Shown here in pieces: positions 10,900 to 21,511 of a stretch of DNA of 64,000 bases. The stretch spans positions 442,273 to 506,272 of the forward strand of contig CAWGRK010000006.1 in assembly GCA_963824995.1 (NCBI GenBank), written 5' to 3'. The DNA comes from an uncultured Actinomycetes bacterium. GTDB lineage: Bacteria; Actinomycetota; Acidimicrobiia; Spongiisociales; DATADW01. The stretch's first letter is position 1. Each line of letters starts with the position of its first letter. The translations under genes were made by a program, and so were the position numbers. Under the pieces are notes generated by a model. The model did no database searches, was not told the origin of the DNA, and saw only the letters and a program-made list of their open reading frames with translations.

Positions 10900-11716
10900 A
10901 TGGATAACCTCTGGGTGGTCGTCTTGGCGGCCGCGGTTGCGCTCGTCCTCGGGGGCGTTGCCGGGTATGCGCTGGCCTACTTCCGGCTCCGGCACCTCGA
11001 GGAGCGCTGGCGCTCATTCGTGGCAAGGCACAAACGTGAGGCCGAGATCGCCCAGGCGCTGTGTCATCGAGTTGACCCACCGATTGGAAACTGCCCAGTC
11101 GAGTGCTGACACCCGGGACCTCCAGGCTGCACTGGAAGAGAGCCAGGGCAAGCTGTTGGACGCCGAGTCCAAGATCGCCCTCCTCAGACCTGAGGTCGAT
11201 GCACTTCATCGCCTCCTCACCGAGAAGGAGCAGGAGATCCTCCTGCTCAAGGAATCTGCCAGGGCGGCTGGCCCCACCGTCGAGGCGCCGGCATCTGTCG
11301 TCGATGCGTCGATGCCTGCCATCGCGAAGGCCGGCGGAGATGGGTCGCCTGACACCGGAGACGCCAGATCGGACTCCGAGATCGATGCCGCACCGACGGC
11401 AGATGGTGCCCGTCCGCCGGCCGAGTTGCCCCCTGAGTTCGCCCCTCCAACTGCGTCAGGAGATCCGAGCAGCACCGCGGGGGGAGTCAGGACAAACGGG
11501 CTGGCCGAGGATGACCTGACCGCCATCGCCGGTATCGGGCCGGCGACGGCACGACGGCTCCGCCAAGAGGGCCTGACGAGCTTCGCCCACATCGCGGCGC
11601 TCAGCGACGAAGCGATCGACGAACTCGCACCCAAGCTGAAGAACGCCGCGGTGCGCATCAGAAGTGACCGCTGGGTCGAGCAGGCGAGGAAGCTGGTGGC
11701 GGAACGCACCGATTGA
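10900..11716 (+). CDS. membrane-anchored coiled-coil protein with C-terminal helix-hairpin-helix (DUF4332-like) domain (frameshift ~11060)
   Basis: N-terminal TM helix, coiled coil, Ala/Pro linker, DDLTAIAGIGPATARRLRQEGLTSFAHIAAL...WVEQARKL. Confidence 0.7.
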
Positions 11717-11744
11717 TCGTCGCCGCAATGCACCCAGAGCCGGT

Positions 11745-14472
11745 ATGACTGGCGAATCTGACCGGGACGAAGCGCTGCGCGCCGACATCCGCCGGCTCGG
11801 CACCCAGTTGGGTGAGGCACTGGCCCGCCAGCACGGAACAGGGTTGCTCGACCTGGTCGAGAAGGTGCGGGCCCTGTGCAAGGCGATACGCCACGACCAC
11901 GACCCCGAGGCGACATCGCAACTCGATGCAGCTCTTAGCTCGATCGACCTCGGCACCGTCATCCAACTCGTCCGCGCCTTCACCGCCTACTTCTACCTGG
12001 CCAACGTTGCCGAGCAGACTCATCGGGTGGGCGAAATGGTCGAGGAAGACCGCAGGTTCGAAGCGACCGTCGATCGGATCATCGAATCCAGAGTCGACAG
12101 CGAACTGATCTCATCGGTGGTTTCGCGCCTCGAGCTGCGCCCGGTGTTCACGGCCCACCCCACCGAAGCCGCCCGGCCGACCACCCTCAACAAGCTTCGC
12201 ACGGTCGCCGACCTGCTCGATGACCGGCTCGACCCACGCGCCACTGCCGCGGACCGGCAGCGGATCGACCGGCGGGTCGCCGAAGTGATCGACCAGCTCT
12301 GGGAGACCGACGAGCTTCGGATGGAGAAACCGGAGCCGGTGGACGAGGCCCGGTCGGCGATCTTCTACTTCGACAGGCTCGTGAGCGACGTCCTCCCGGA
12401 CCTGGGCGAGGAGTTGGCGCTACAACTCGACCGGCTCGACCCCTACCGCGATCGCAACCGGGCACCCATCCGATTCGGGACATGGGTGGGTGGCGACCGT
12501 GACGGCAACCCATCGGTCACCGCAGACGTCACCAGACGGGTCCTCGAGTTGCAGCACGACCACGGTCTCAGGCGTTTGATCGAGGCCGTCGAGCGGCTCG
12601 CCGAGGATCTGTCCATATCGGACAGGACGTGGGATGTGTCGCCCGATCTGGTTGCTTCGCTCGAGGGCGACCGCGAGTTACTCCCCGCAACCTGGCAGCG
12701 GTTCCACGGACTCAATGCCCATGAGCCTTACAGGCTCAAGCTCGCCTACATCCACAGCCGTCTTGGCGCCACCCGCACGAGAATCCGCGAAGGCGCCCGG
12801 CATCAGCCCGGTGTCGACTATTCGGGGCCATCGGAGTTGGCAGCCGAGCTGGAGTTGCTGCGGTCCTCGCTCTTCGAGAACGCCGGCGAACTGATAGCCG
12901 AGGGATCGGTGATGCGGCTCATCAGGGTGGTGTCCACCTTCGGATTCCATCTCGCCACCTTGGACGTCCGCGAGCACGCCGACCGGATACATGATGTTGT
13001 GGGCCAATTGCTCGAGCGCGTCGGTACCTCCTATGCAGACCTCAACCCCGAGGAGCGCTTCGACGTGCTCTCCGGGGAGCTGGCGGGGGGCAGGCCACGG
13101 CAACCCCCGCAGCCCGGCTGGGCGAGGGGGCCGAGGAGACGATGGCGACCTTCGCCGGGATGGCATCCGCCCTCGACAGGTACGGGCCGGCGGTGATCGA
13201 GTCGTACATCGTCTCGATGACCCGGGGAGCCGACGACATCCTCGCCGCCACGGTGCTTGCCAGGGAGGCCGGGCTCGTGGACCTGCACGATGGCCTGGCC
13301 CGCATCGGGTTCGTTCCGCTCTTTGAGACGATCGACGAGCTGAGACGCAGCGGCGAGATCCTCGACCGGCTTCTCTCCGACCGTTCCTACCGCCGGGTGG
13401 TCTCGCTGCGGGGCGACCTCCAAGAAGTGATGTTGGGGTACTCCGACTCGAACAAGCAGGGTGGGATCACCACCAGCCAATGGGAGATCTACAAGGCGCA
13501 GCGTCAGTTGCGCAACATGGCACGCCACCACGGCGTCACGCTCCGTCTCTTTCACGGTCGCGGTGGCACCATCGGCCGAGGTGGCGGACCGACCCATCAA
13601 GCGATCCTCGCCCAGCCTTTCGGCACCATCGACGGGCCGCTCAAGGTCACCGAGCAGGGCGAGGTGATCTCCGACAAGTACGGGCTCCCCGGGCTTGCAG
13701 CGCGCAACCTGGAACTGGCGGCAGGCTCGGTCCTCGAGGCCTCGCTGCTCCACCGCGCCTCGTGCCAGCCCAAGGAGGTGCTCGACCGCTGGACCGAGGC
13801 GATGGAGGTGGTATCGGAAGCGGCCCACGCCGCATACCGCACCCTGGTGGACGATCCGGGGATGGTGCGGTTCTTCCTCTCCGCCACTCCGGTCGAGGAG
13901 TTGGCGTCGATGAACATAGGGTCGTGTCCCTCGCGCAGGCCGGGTAGCGGGGCCGGGCTCGATGACCTGCGAGCCATCCCCTGGGTCTTCGGGTGGACGC
14001 AGTCGCGCATGATCATCCCCGGGTGGTACGGGGTGGGGACCGGTCTGGCCATGGCGCGGGAACGTGCGGATATGGCGAGGTGCTCGACGAGATGCACGAG
14101 CAGTGGTCATTCCTCCAGACCTTCGTGTCGAACGTCGAGATGACGCTCACCAAGGCCGACCTGGGCATCGCCAGGAGGTACGTAGAGGAACTGGTCGACC
14201 CGGCAGTCCAGCCGCTGCTCGACATGATCCTCAAAGAGCACGACAGGACCATGGGCGAGGTTCTCAGGCTCACCGATCGCCCAGGGCTGCTGGCCACCAA
14301 TCCCCTGCTCCGCCGCACCCTCGAGGTGCGCGACGTCTATCTCGACCCGCTCAATTACCTCCAGGTCTCGCTGTTGGCGCGGAGCAGGGCAGGTGAGACC
14401 GACCCTCTGCTCGAGCGCGCCCTCCTGCTCACCGTCAACGGCATCGCCGCCGGGATGCGCAACACCGGATGA
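11745..14472 (+). CDS. ppc: phosphoenolpyruvate carboxylase (frameshifts ~13100 and ~14065)
   Basis: [70 protein letters not shown]-terminal GMRNTG. Confidence 0.96.
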
Positions 14473-14698
14473 CGGGCTCCGGGTCGGCACGATGAGCAGG
14501 CGCGAAATTTCTCGTGCAAGCATGGATCTGAGAACGACGGTGTGACTCGACCCGGACATCCTCCTTTCAGTTGAGGAGTTGCGCTGTGAGCGTGGCCTTC
14601 GCACCAGCGAGTCCATCAATTACCGCGCCGGGCCCCGCGATCTGGCTGCCGTCCGCCATCTGGATCTCGGTACCCTGCGGCAGCCGAGGAGGCGAGCC

Positions 14699-15319
14699 GT
14701 GCCCCTGACCGTCGTAGAGCACCCGTTGGCACGCCACTATCTGTCGATACTCCGTCGCGCCGACACAGGCTCGGAGCTCTTCCGGGAGACCACCCGGCGC
14801 CTCGCATACACGCTGGTCATGGAGGCGACCTCGGACCTGTCCGTCGTAGAGGTACCTATCGAGACCCCTCTCGAGCCGGCAACCGGCTACCGATTGGGAA
14901 AGGACCTGGTGGCTGTGGCGGTGCTGCGAGCAGGTCTGGGGCTTCTCCAGGCGGTCCTCGACCTGCTTCCCGGGATCAAGGTCGGCTATGCCGGGGTCCA
15001 GCGCGACGAGGAGACTGCTCTCCCCCTCGAGTACTACACCAAGCTCCCCACCCTGGATGAGGCTCGCGTCCTGGTGCTCGAGCCGATGCTCGCCACCGGC
15101 GGGTCGTTGTCCTGGGCCATCGGGAAGGTGAAGGAGGGCGGTGCCCGCGACATCGTGGCGCTGTGCGTGGTGGTGGCGCCGCAGGGTGCAGACGTGATCG
15201 AGCGCGACCATCCCGACGTGAGGGTTGTCGCCGCCTCGCTCGACCGCGACCTGGACGATCACTTCTACATCCGTCCCGGCCTCGGTGACATGGGCGATCG
15301 GCTCTTCGGCACCCTGTGA
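14699..15319 (+). CDS. upp: uracil phosphoribosyltransferase
   Basis: VLRAGLG, EPMLATGGS, YIRPGLGDMGDRLFGT; GGAGG RBS before GTG 14699. Confidence 0.97.
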   Translation: MPLTVVEHPLARHYLSILRRADTGSELFRETTRRLAYTLVMEATSDLSVVEVPIETPLEPATGYRLGKDLVAVAVLRAGLGLLQAVLDLLPGIKVGYAGVQRDEETALPLEYYTKLPTLDEARVLVLEPMLATGGSLSWAIGKVKEGGARDIVALCVVVAPQGADVIERDHPDVRVVAASLDRDLDDHFYIRPGLGDMGDRLFGTL

Positions 15320-15597
15320 CCTCGTCGTTCCGCGACGCTGCGATAGGTGTGGTCGCCGGGTTGGGCCCCGGAGAGGTCGTCTCCTATGGCGAGGTGGCCG
15401 CCCAGGCGGGCAGGCCCGGTGCGGGCCGCGCCGTGGGGCGCATCCTCGCCGAGGTCGAGGGCCCGATCCCCTGGTGGCGGGTTGTGGGCCACGATGGCCG
15501 GTTGCGCTCCCCGTCGGCGCACCGACAGGCCGAGCGGCTGGCCAAGGAGGGCGTCATCGTCAGCGCAGGGCGGGTGATCCCCGGCCGGGGACATTGA
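15316..15597 (+). CDS. alkyltransferase-like (ATL/MGMT family) protein
   Basis: GEVVSYGEVA..AGRPGAGRAVGRIL..IPWWRVV (Trp replaces the catalytic Cys of PCHR). Confidence 0.9.
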   Translation: MTSSFRDAAIGVVAGLGPGEVVSYGEVAAQAGRPGAGRAVGRILAEVEGPIPWWRVVGHDGRLRSPSAHRQAERLAKEGVIVSAGRVIPGRGH

Positions 15598-15717
15598 AGG
15601 CACTTTTGGCGTCAGAAGGCGGGGCAATGACCGCCTTTGGTGACGCCAAAGCCGGCCGACCCGGCAATCCGACCGTGGTCCGTTGAAGCGCCACCTACGA
15701 TCGTCCATGGTTCCCCT

Positions 15718-17559
15718 ATGACGACTCGTGAGTCGCCCCTGCAGGTCTTGCGCGACGGCTACCGCTTGGTCGCCGAGTTCGTGCGCGCCCACCCGGTCTC
15801 TTTCCTGGTGGCGGTGAGCGGCGCGGCCATCTTCGCCTCGGGCGTCATTCTCTCGGCGTGGGTCATCGGCCGGGCAACCGACCAGCTCATCATCCCAGTA
15901 CTCGACGAGGGGGCTTCACCCTCTGGCCTGGTGCTCCCAGTCGTCCTCGCCATCCTGGCGGTGGCAGTCTGGAAGGCGGCCGGGATCGTCCTTCGCCGCA
16001 CCGGTGCAGGCTGGCTCCAGTTCCAGACCAGGGCCGATGTCCGCAAGAAGCTGATCGCGCACCAACTCCGGCTCGGGTTGAGCTGGTTCCGTCGCCAGTC
16101 GGTGGGCGATCTCCTGGCGGTGAGCGAGACCGATGCCAGCCAGGGGACCTTCATCCTCGCTCCGCTCCCGTTCGGCACCGGCTCGGTTCTGCTCCTCGTG
16201 GGCACGATCGTTTTGATCTTCTTCCTCGACCCGATCCTCGCCCTGCTCACCTTTGTTGCGCTCGTTGTGGCGACGGCAGTGGACATTCGCGGCTCGTGGA
16301 AGCTGTTCGAGGCCTTCCAGGAAGTTCAGCGGCTGCGGGGTGAGACCAGCTCGGTGGCGCACGAGAGCTTCGACGGTGCCCTGACGATCAAGGCGCTGGG
16401 AAGAGAGGACTTCGAGACCGAGCGATTCTCCCTGACGGCACACCGACTGCGGGACAAGGTGATCTCCGTCGAGCGGGCGGCGGCGACCTACCGGTCGGTG
16501 GTCGAGTCGTTCCCCGCAGTGACCACGGTTCTCGTGCTGACCATCGGGACGATGCGAATCGCCGCCGGAGCCATCACGCCCGGAGAGTTGGTCTCGGTTG
16601 CCTACCTGCTCTCGCTCATCTCGGTCCCCATGCGGCTGATCGGCTATGTGTTGTGGGACTTGGCCGAGAGCCTGGCGGGGTGGCGACGGGTGCGCGAGGT
16701 GCTCGACGCCGACGAAGTGGTCGAGCACGGTTCCTTGCGAGCGCTAGAGGACGACTCCGGGGCGAGGGTCGGCGGGGAGGACATAGGGTTCGGGTACGAC
16801 GAAGGTGACACGGTCATCTCCGAGCTCGAGCTGGACGTCCCACCCGAAAAAGTGGTTGCGATGGTGGGCCGCACCGCTTCGGGCAAGTCCACCCTCGCCG
16901 TCCTGCTCGCCCGGCTCTGGGACCCCTCGACCGGGATCATCCATCTCGATGGCCGCGACCTGAGATCGTTCGCCCGCTCCGAACTGGCAAGAGAAGTCGC
17001 CTTTGTGTCCCAGGAGACGTTCCTCTTCGACGACACGGTGCGGGGCAACATCACGCTCGGCCTCACCATCCCCGACGACGAGGTGCACGAAGCCGCCCGC
17101 CTCGCAGGTGCTGACGAGTTCATCAGCCAGTTGCCCGCCGGCTACGACACCAGGATCGGAGAGCGTGGCACGTCGCTGTCCGGCGGACAGCGGCAACGGC
17201 TGGCATTGGCGCGTGCCCTGGTGCGCCGTCCTCGTCTCCTCATCCTCGACGACGCCACCTCGGCCGTGGACCCCTCGGTCGAGGCCGAGATACTGCGGGG
17301 TCTGCGCCACGCCAGGCTGCCATCCACCGTCGTCGTTGTGGCCTACCGGCGCTCCAGCATCTTGCTGGCCGACGAGGTGATCTACATCGAGGACGGCCGA
17401 GTAGTGGCGCAGGGAAGCCACCGCGAACTGCTGGAAAGGGCCCCCGGGTACGCCCTGCTGCTGCGCGCCTATGACGAGGACGCCGCCGCCCGTAGGCAGG
17501 AGGCAAGGGAGCGAACGCTCGACCCCCTCCATCGGGCACCCGACGAGGTGCGGACATGA
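15718..17559 (+). CDS. ABC exporter TMD-NBD subunit (degenerate Walker B/switch)
   Basis: Hydrophobic TMD, GRTASGKST, LSGGQRQR, ILDDATSAVD. Confidence 0.92.
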   Translation: MTTRESPLQVLRDGYRLVAEFVRAHPVSFLVAVSGAAIFASGVILSAWVIGRATDQLIIPVLDEGASPSGLVLPVVLAILAVAVWKAAGIVLRRTGAGWLQFQTRADVRKKLIAHQLRLGLSWFRRQSVGDLLAVSETDASQGTFILAPLPFGTGSVLLLVGTIVLIFFLDPILALLTFVALVVATAVDIRGSWKLFEAFQEVQRLRGETSSVAHESFDGALTIKALGREDFETERFSLTAHRLRDKVISVERAAATYRSVVESFPAVTTVLVLTIGTMRIAAGAITPGELVSVAYLLSLISVPMRLIGYVLWDLAESLAGWRRVREVLDADEVVEHGSLRALEDDSGARVGGEDIGFGYDEGDTVISELELDVPPEKVVAMVGRTASGKSTLAVLLARLWDPSTGIIHLDGRDLRSFARSELAREVAFVSQETFLFDDTVRGNITLGLTIPDDEVHEAARLAGADEFISQLPAGYDTRIGERGTSLSGGQRQRLALARALVRRPRLLILDDATSAVDPSVEAEILRGLRHARLPSTVVVVAYRRSSILLADEVIYIEDGRVVAQGSHRELLERAPGYALLLRAYDEDAAARRQEARERTLDPLHRAPDEVRT

Positions 17560-19334
17560 GCACGATCACCCCCGCGGCGACGACAAGCTCTGCTCTGTCC
17601 CGCGCCTTCCGACTGGCACCTGCGCTTGGCCGCGGGCTTTGGTTCACCATCTTGCTCGCCTTTGTCGGCAGCGCCTCGCAGGTGGTGGTGCCGATCGTCA
17701 TCCAGCAGATGACCGACAACGAGATCCTCGGAGAGGGCGGCGTTGACATCAGCGGCGCACTCACCCTCGGTGGGCTCGCCTTGCTCGCCATAGCCGCCGG
17801 GGTAGCTGCGCAGCGAGCGGCACTGGCACGGCTCGCCACCTCGTCGGCCACCGGGCTGGCCGATCTCAGGGTCGGCACCTTCCGCCATCTCCATCAACTT
17901 TCGATGCTCCACGTCCAATCGCAGCGGCGCGGCGCCCTCGTGGCGCGGGTGACATCGGACCCTGAGACCATCCAGGACTTCATGGGCTGGGGTGGTGTGG
18001 GCATGCTCGTGGGATCGGCGCAGGTGGTCCTCGCCTTCACCGTGATGGCCATATACCGCTGGTATCTGGCGCTGCTCGTCCTCGGTGGCGTCGTGCTTTA
18101 CGCACTGCTGCTGCTCTGGTTCCAGCGGATCCTCCGGCGGGCACACGACCACGTCAGGGAGCGGGTGGCCGACAGCCTCTCGGCGCTCAGCGAGGCCATT
18201 GCAGGTCTCCCGGTGGTACGCGCCTACGGAGCGGAGAGGGCGACGACCGCCAAGGTCGAGGGGGCGCTCGATGCCCAATTCGATGCCGAGTTCCGCACCG
18301 CTCGGCTTGGCGCTGGGCTGTTCTCTTCGGCCGATCTCTTCGCCGGAACGCTGACCGCAGCGGTGGTTGCGGTCGGGGTGATCACCGGGGTCGCCGACGG
18401 CACCTCTGCGGGGACACTCATCGCCTTTCTCTTCCTTCTGAACCTCCTGGTGGAGCCGGTCCAGATCCTGGTAGAGACGCTAGACCAGGCGCAGACAGCC
18501 GGTGCCGGGCTGAGGAGGATCCTCGGGGTTCTCGACACCCCCGTGGACGTGGCCGACCCCACCGATGGGGTGGACCTCCCCGAAGGTGGACTGGACGTAT
18601 GGATGGAGGGGGTCAACTACCGCTACCCCGACGGCGGTGACGACGTTCTCCAGAACGTCTCGGTTCGGATCGAGGCGGGGAGACGGGTTGCGGTCGTGGG
18701 AGAAACCGGTTCGGGCAAGACGACTTTCGCCAAGCTCGTGACCCGACTATTCGACCCGACCGAGGGTGAGGTGGCTGTCGGAGGGATCCCAGTGAACCGG
18801 GTCAGGTTCGCCTCGCTCCGCTCCCGTGTGGCATATGTACCCCAGGAGGGCTTCCTGTTCGACGCCTCCGTGGCGGACAATGTGCGCTATGGACGCCTCG
18901 CCTCCAGCGAGCAGGGAGTGCGCGCCGCCTTCTACGACCTCGGGCTCGACGAGTGGATGGATTCGCTGCCAGACGGCCTCGACACCCTCGTCGGAGAGCG
19001 CGGTGGCCGGTTGTCCGCCGGAGAGCGCCAGTTGGTAGCCCTGGTGCGCGCCTGGATCACCAACCCCGATCTCCTGGTCCTCGACGAGGCGACCTCGGCG
19101 GTCGACCCTGCGCTCGAGGTGCAGCTTCGGCGCGCCATCGAGAGGCTCACCGCCGGTCGGACCTCGATAACCGTCGCCCACCGCCTCTCCACCGCCGAGG
19201 CAGCGGACGAGGTCCTGGTCTTCGACCAGGGGGGTCTCGTCGAGAGAGGCAACCACGCCGAGCTGCTCGAGAGGAACGGCGTCTACGCCCGTCTCCACGC
19301 CGACTGGGCTGCGGGCACCGCCAGCGTCGCCTGA
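17556..19334 (+). CDS. ABC exporter TMD-NBD subunit
   Basis: GETGSGKTT, LSAGERQL, VLDEATSAVD, VAHRLST; ATGA overlap with its partner. Confidence 0.92.
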   Translation: MSTITPAATTSSALSRAFRLAPALGRGLWFTILLAFVGSASQVVVPIVIQQMTDNEILGEGGVDISGALTLGGLALLAIAAGVAAQRAALARLATSSATGLADLRVGTFRHLHQLSMLHVQSQRRGALVARVTSDPETIQDFMGWGGVGMLVGSAQVVLAFTVMAIYRWYLALLVLGGVVLYALLLLWFQRILRRAHDHVRERVADSLSALSEAIAGLPVVRAYGAERATTAKVEGALDAQFDAEFRTARLGAGLFSSADLFAGTLTAAVVAVGVITGVADGTSAGTLIAFLFLLNLLVEPVQILVETLDQAQTAGAGLRRILGVLDTPVDVADPTDGVDLPEGGLDVWMEGVNYRYPDGGDDVLQNVSVRIEAGRRVAVVGETGSGKTTFAKLVTRLFDPTEGEVAVGGIPVNRVRFASLRSRVAYVPQEGFLFDASVADNVRYGRLASSEQGVRAAFYDLGLDEWMDSLPDGLDTLVGERGGRLSAGERQLVALVRAWITNPDLLVLDEATSAVDPALEVQLRRAIERLTAGRTSITVAHRLSTAEAADEVLVFDQGGLVERGNHAELLERNGVYARLHADWAAGTASVA

Positions 19335-19356
19335 GACCGGGATAGCCTCCGCCGGC

Positions 19357-20661
19357 ATGAACGCCGTCGAGCTGATAGAGGCGAAGCGCGACCGGGGCGC
19401 CCTCACCGCCGACCAGATCCGCTGGTTCATCACAGGCGTCGCCGACGGGAAGATTCCCGACTACCAGGCGGCGGCGATGCTCATGGCGGTGTTCATCAAC
19501 GGGATGGACGAAGAAGAGCTGGCGGCCTGGACCGACGCCATGCTCCACTCCGGAGAGGTGCTCGACCTCTCGTCGATCGACGCCCCCAAGGCGGACAAGC
19601 ACTCCACCGGCGGTGTCGGTGACAAGGTGAGCATCCCGCTCGCCCCCATCGTCGCTGTCTGCGGGGTGGCGGTACCCATGATGAGCGGACGGGGCCTGGG
19701 GCACACCGGTGGCACCCTCGACAAGCTGGAGTCGATCCCCGGATTCACCACGGCGCTCGACCCGGACCGGTTCAAGCAGGTGCTCGCCTCCGAGGGCATG
19801 GTCCTCGCAGGACAGTCGCAGACCCTCGTTCCTGCCGACCGGCGGCTCTACGCGCTCCGGGACGCCACGGGCACCGTGCCGTCGATTCCACTGATCGCCT
19901 CCTCGATCATGTCGAAGAAGCTCGCCGAGGACCTCGACGCGCTGGTGCTCGACGTCAAGGTGGGGTCCGGTGCGTTCATGGCCGATATCGACCGCGCCCG
20001 AATGCTGGCCGAGACCATGGTCGGGCTGGGCGCGGCACACGGTCTGGCGGTCGAAGCAGTCCTGACCGACATGAGCGAGCCGCTCGGGCAAGAGGTGGGC
20101 AATGCCAACGAGATCGCCGAATCGATCGAATTGCTGCGCGGGGAAGGTCCCGACGACCTCATCGAATTGGTGACCGGCCTCGCCGCTCGCATGCTCATCA
20201 CGTCCGGCGTGACCGAGTCGCCCGACGAGGCCGCCCTCTCGGTCGCCGGTGCTGTTGAGTCCGGCGCCGCTCTCGACACCTTCCGCCGTATCGTCGCCGC
20301 GCAGGGTGGCGACCCCTCGGTGGTCGATGATCCGAGTCGGCTGCCATCGAGCCCCGAAACGGCAGAGGTTCCTGCAGAACGCGACGGTTGGGTGACGAGG
20401 TGTGATGCCCGCACCGTCGGCGTGGCTGCGATGCGGCTTGGTGCGGGGAGGGAACGCAAGGAGGACGATGTGGACCACGGTGTCGGGATCACGCTCCTCG
20501 CCAAGGGGGGCGATTGGGTGGAAAAGGGACAGCCGGTGGCCAGGGTGCGTTACCGCTCCGAGGACCGGTGGGAGGACACGGCCTCCTTCCTGGCCGGGGC
20601 GTGGCAGATTGATGACGAAGCCCCAGACCCGAGGACTCTCGTGATCGAACGAGTCGGTTGA
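19357..20661 (+). CDS. pdp: thymidine/pyrimidine-nucleoside phosphorylase
   Basis: DKHSTGGVGDK, SGRGLGHTGGTLDKLESIPG, SIPLIASSIMSKK. Confidence 0.95.
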   Translation: MNAVELIEAKRDRGALTADQIRWFITGVADGKIPDYQAAAMLMAVFINGMDEEELAAWTDAMLHSGEVLDLSSIDAPKADKHSTGGVGDKVSIPLAPIVAVCGVAVPMMSGRGLGHTGGTLDKLESIPGFTTALDPDRFKQVLASEGMVLAGQSQTLVPADRRLYALRDATGTVPSIPLIASSIMSKKLAEDLDALVLDVKVGSGAFMADIDRARMLAETMVGLGAAHGLAVEAVLTDMSEPLGQEVGNANEIAESIELLRGEGPDDLIELVTGLAARMLITSGVTESPDEAALSVAGAVESGAALDTFRRIVAAQGGDPSVVDDPSRLPSSPETAEVPAERDGWVTRCDARTVGVAAMRLGAGRERKEDDVDHGVGITLLAKGGDWVEKGQPVARVRYRSEDRWEDTASFLAGAWQIDDEAPDPRTLVIERVG

Positions 20662-21509
20662 TGCCACCCGAGCCACATCCCGCCGCCAGATTCGAGGCGG
20701 TAAGGGCTGCAGCAGATCTGATCGTCGAGCGCACCGGGAGAACCCGGCACGACCTGGCACTCGTGTTGGGCAGCGGGCTAGGCGGCTATGCCGCCACCCT
20801 GTCCGACCCGATCGAAGTCGGGTACCACGAGATCCCGGGGATGCCGGTGCCCGGAGTCGAGGGGCACGGCGGCGTCCTCGTATCAGCGATGGCCGGTGGT
20901 TACCCGGTGCTCGCCTTCACCGGACGGGTTCACGCCTACGAAGGGTGGGACCTGGCCGAGGTGGTGTTCGGGGTGCGTTCGGCGATCCTCGCCGGCTGCC
21001 GCACTGTCGTCCTCACCAACGCCGCCGGCGGTATCGGTGAAGGACTGTTCCCGGGGGACCTGGTCGTCATCCGCGACCACATCAACCTCACTGGGCGCAC
21101 CCCGCTCCGGGGCAGCAACGATGAAAGGCTCGGGCTGAGGTTCCCCGACATGACCGAGGTGTACACCACAGGTCTCCGCCAGCGCCTCGAGGAGACGGCG
21201 GCGGGTCTGGGCGAATCGATCGGTACCGGGGTCTACGCCTGGCTGCTCGGTCCCGCCTACGAGACGCCCGCCGAGGTGGAGATGGCGCGCCGTCTCGGTG
21301 CCGACCTGGTGGGCATGTCGACCGTGCCCGAGGCTGTCGCCGCCCGGCACATGGGGGCGCGGGTTGTCGGCATCTCACTTGTGACCAACCTCGCCGCCGG
21401 GATGTCGGCCAACCCGCTATCGCACGACGAGGTGCAGGAAACCGCCACCGCCGCCAAGGAGCGGTTCACGCGGTTGCTCGACGCCGCCCTCCCCGTCCTC
21501 GTGCCCTGA
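20661..21509 (+). CDS. punA: purine nucleoside phosphorylase (trimeric type)
   Basis: LVLGSGLG, GRVHAYEG, LTNAAGG, GPAYETPAE, LVGMSTVPE, VTNLAAG. Confidence 0.93.
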   Translation: MPPEPHPAARFEAVRAAADLIVERTGRTRHDLALVLGSGLGGYAATLSDPIEVGYHEIPGMPVPGVEGHGGVLVSAMAGGYPVLAFTGRVHAYEGWDLAEVVFGVRSAILAGCRTVVLTNAAGGIGEGLFPGDLVVIRDHINLTGRTPLRGSNDERLGLRFPDMTEVYTTGLRQRLEETAAGLGESIGTGVYAWLLGPAYETPAEVEMARRLGADLVGMSTVPEAVAARHMGARVVGISLVTNLAAGMSANPLSHDEVQETATAAKERFTRLLDAALPVLVP

Positions 21510-21511
21510 TC

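Noticed and set aside
9458..14472. ffh and ppc as pseudogenes or programmed frameshifts
   Set aside because: Ffh is normally essential, motifs are intact, breaks are scattered over many genes and no slippery-site pattern is evident
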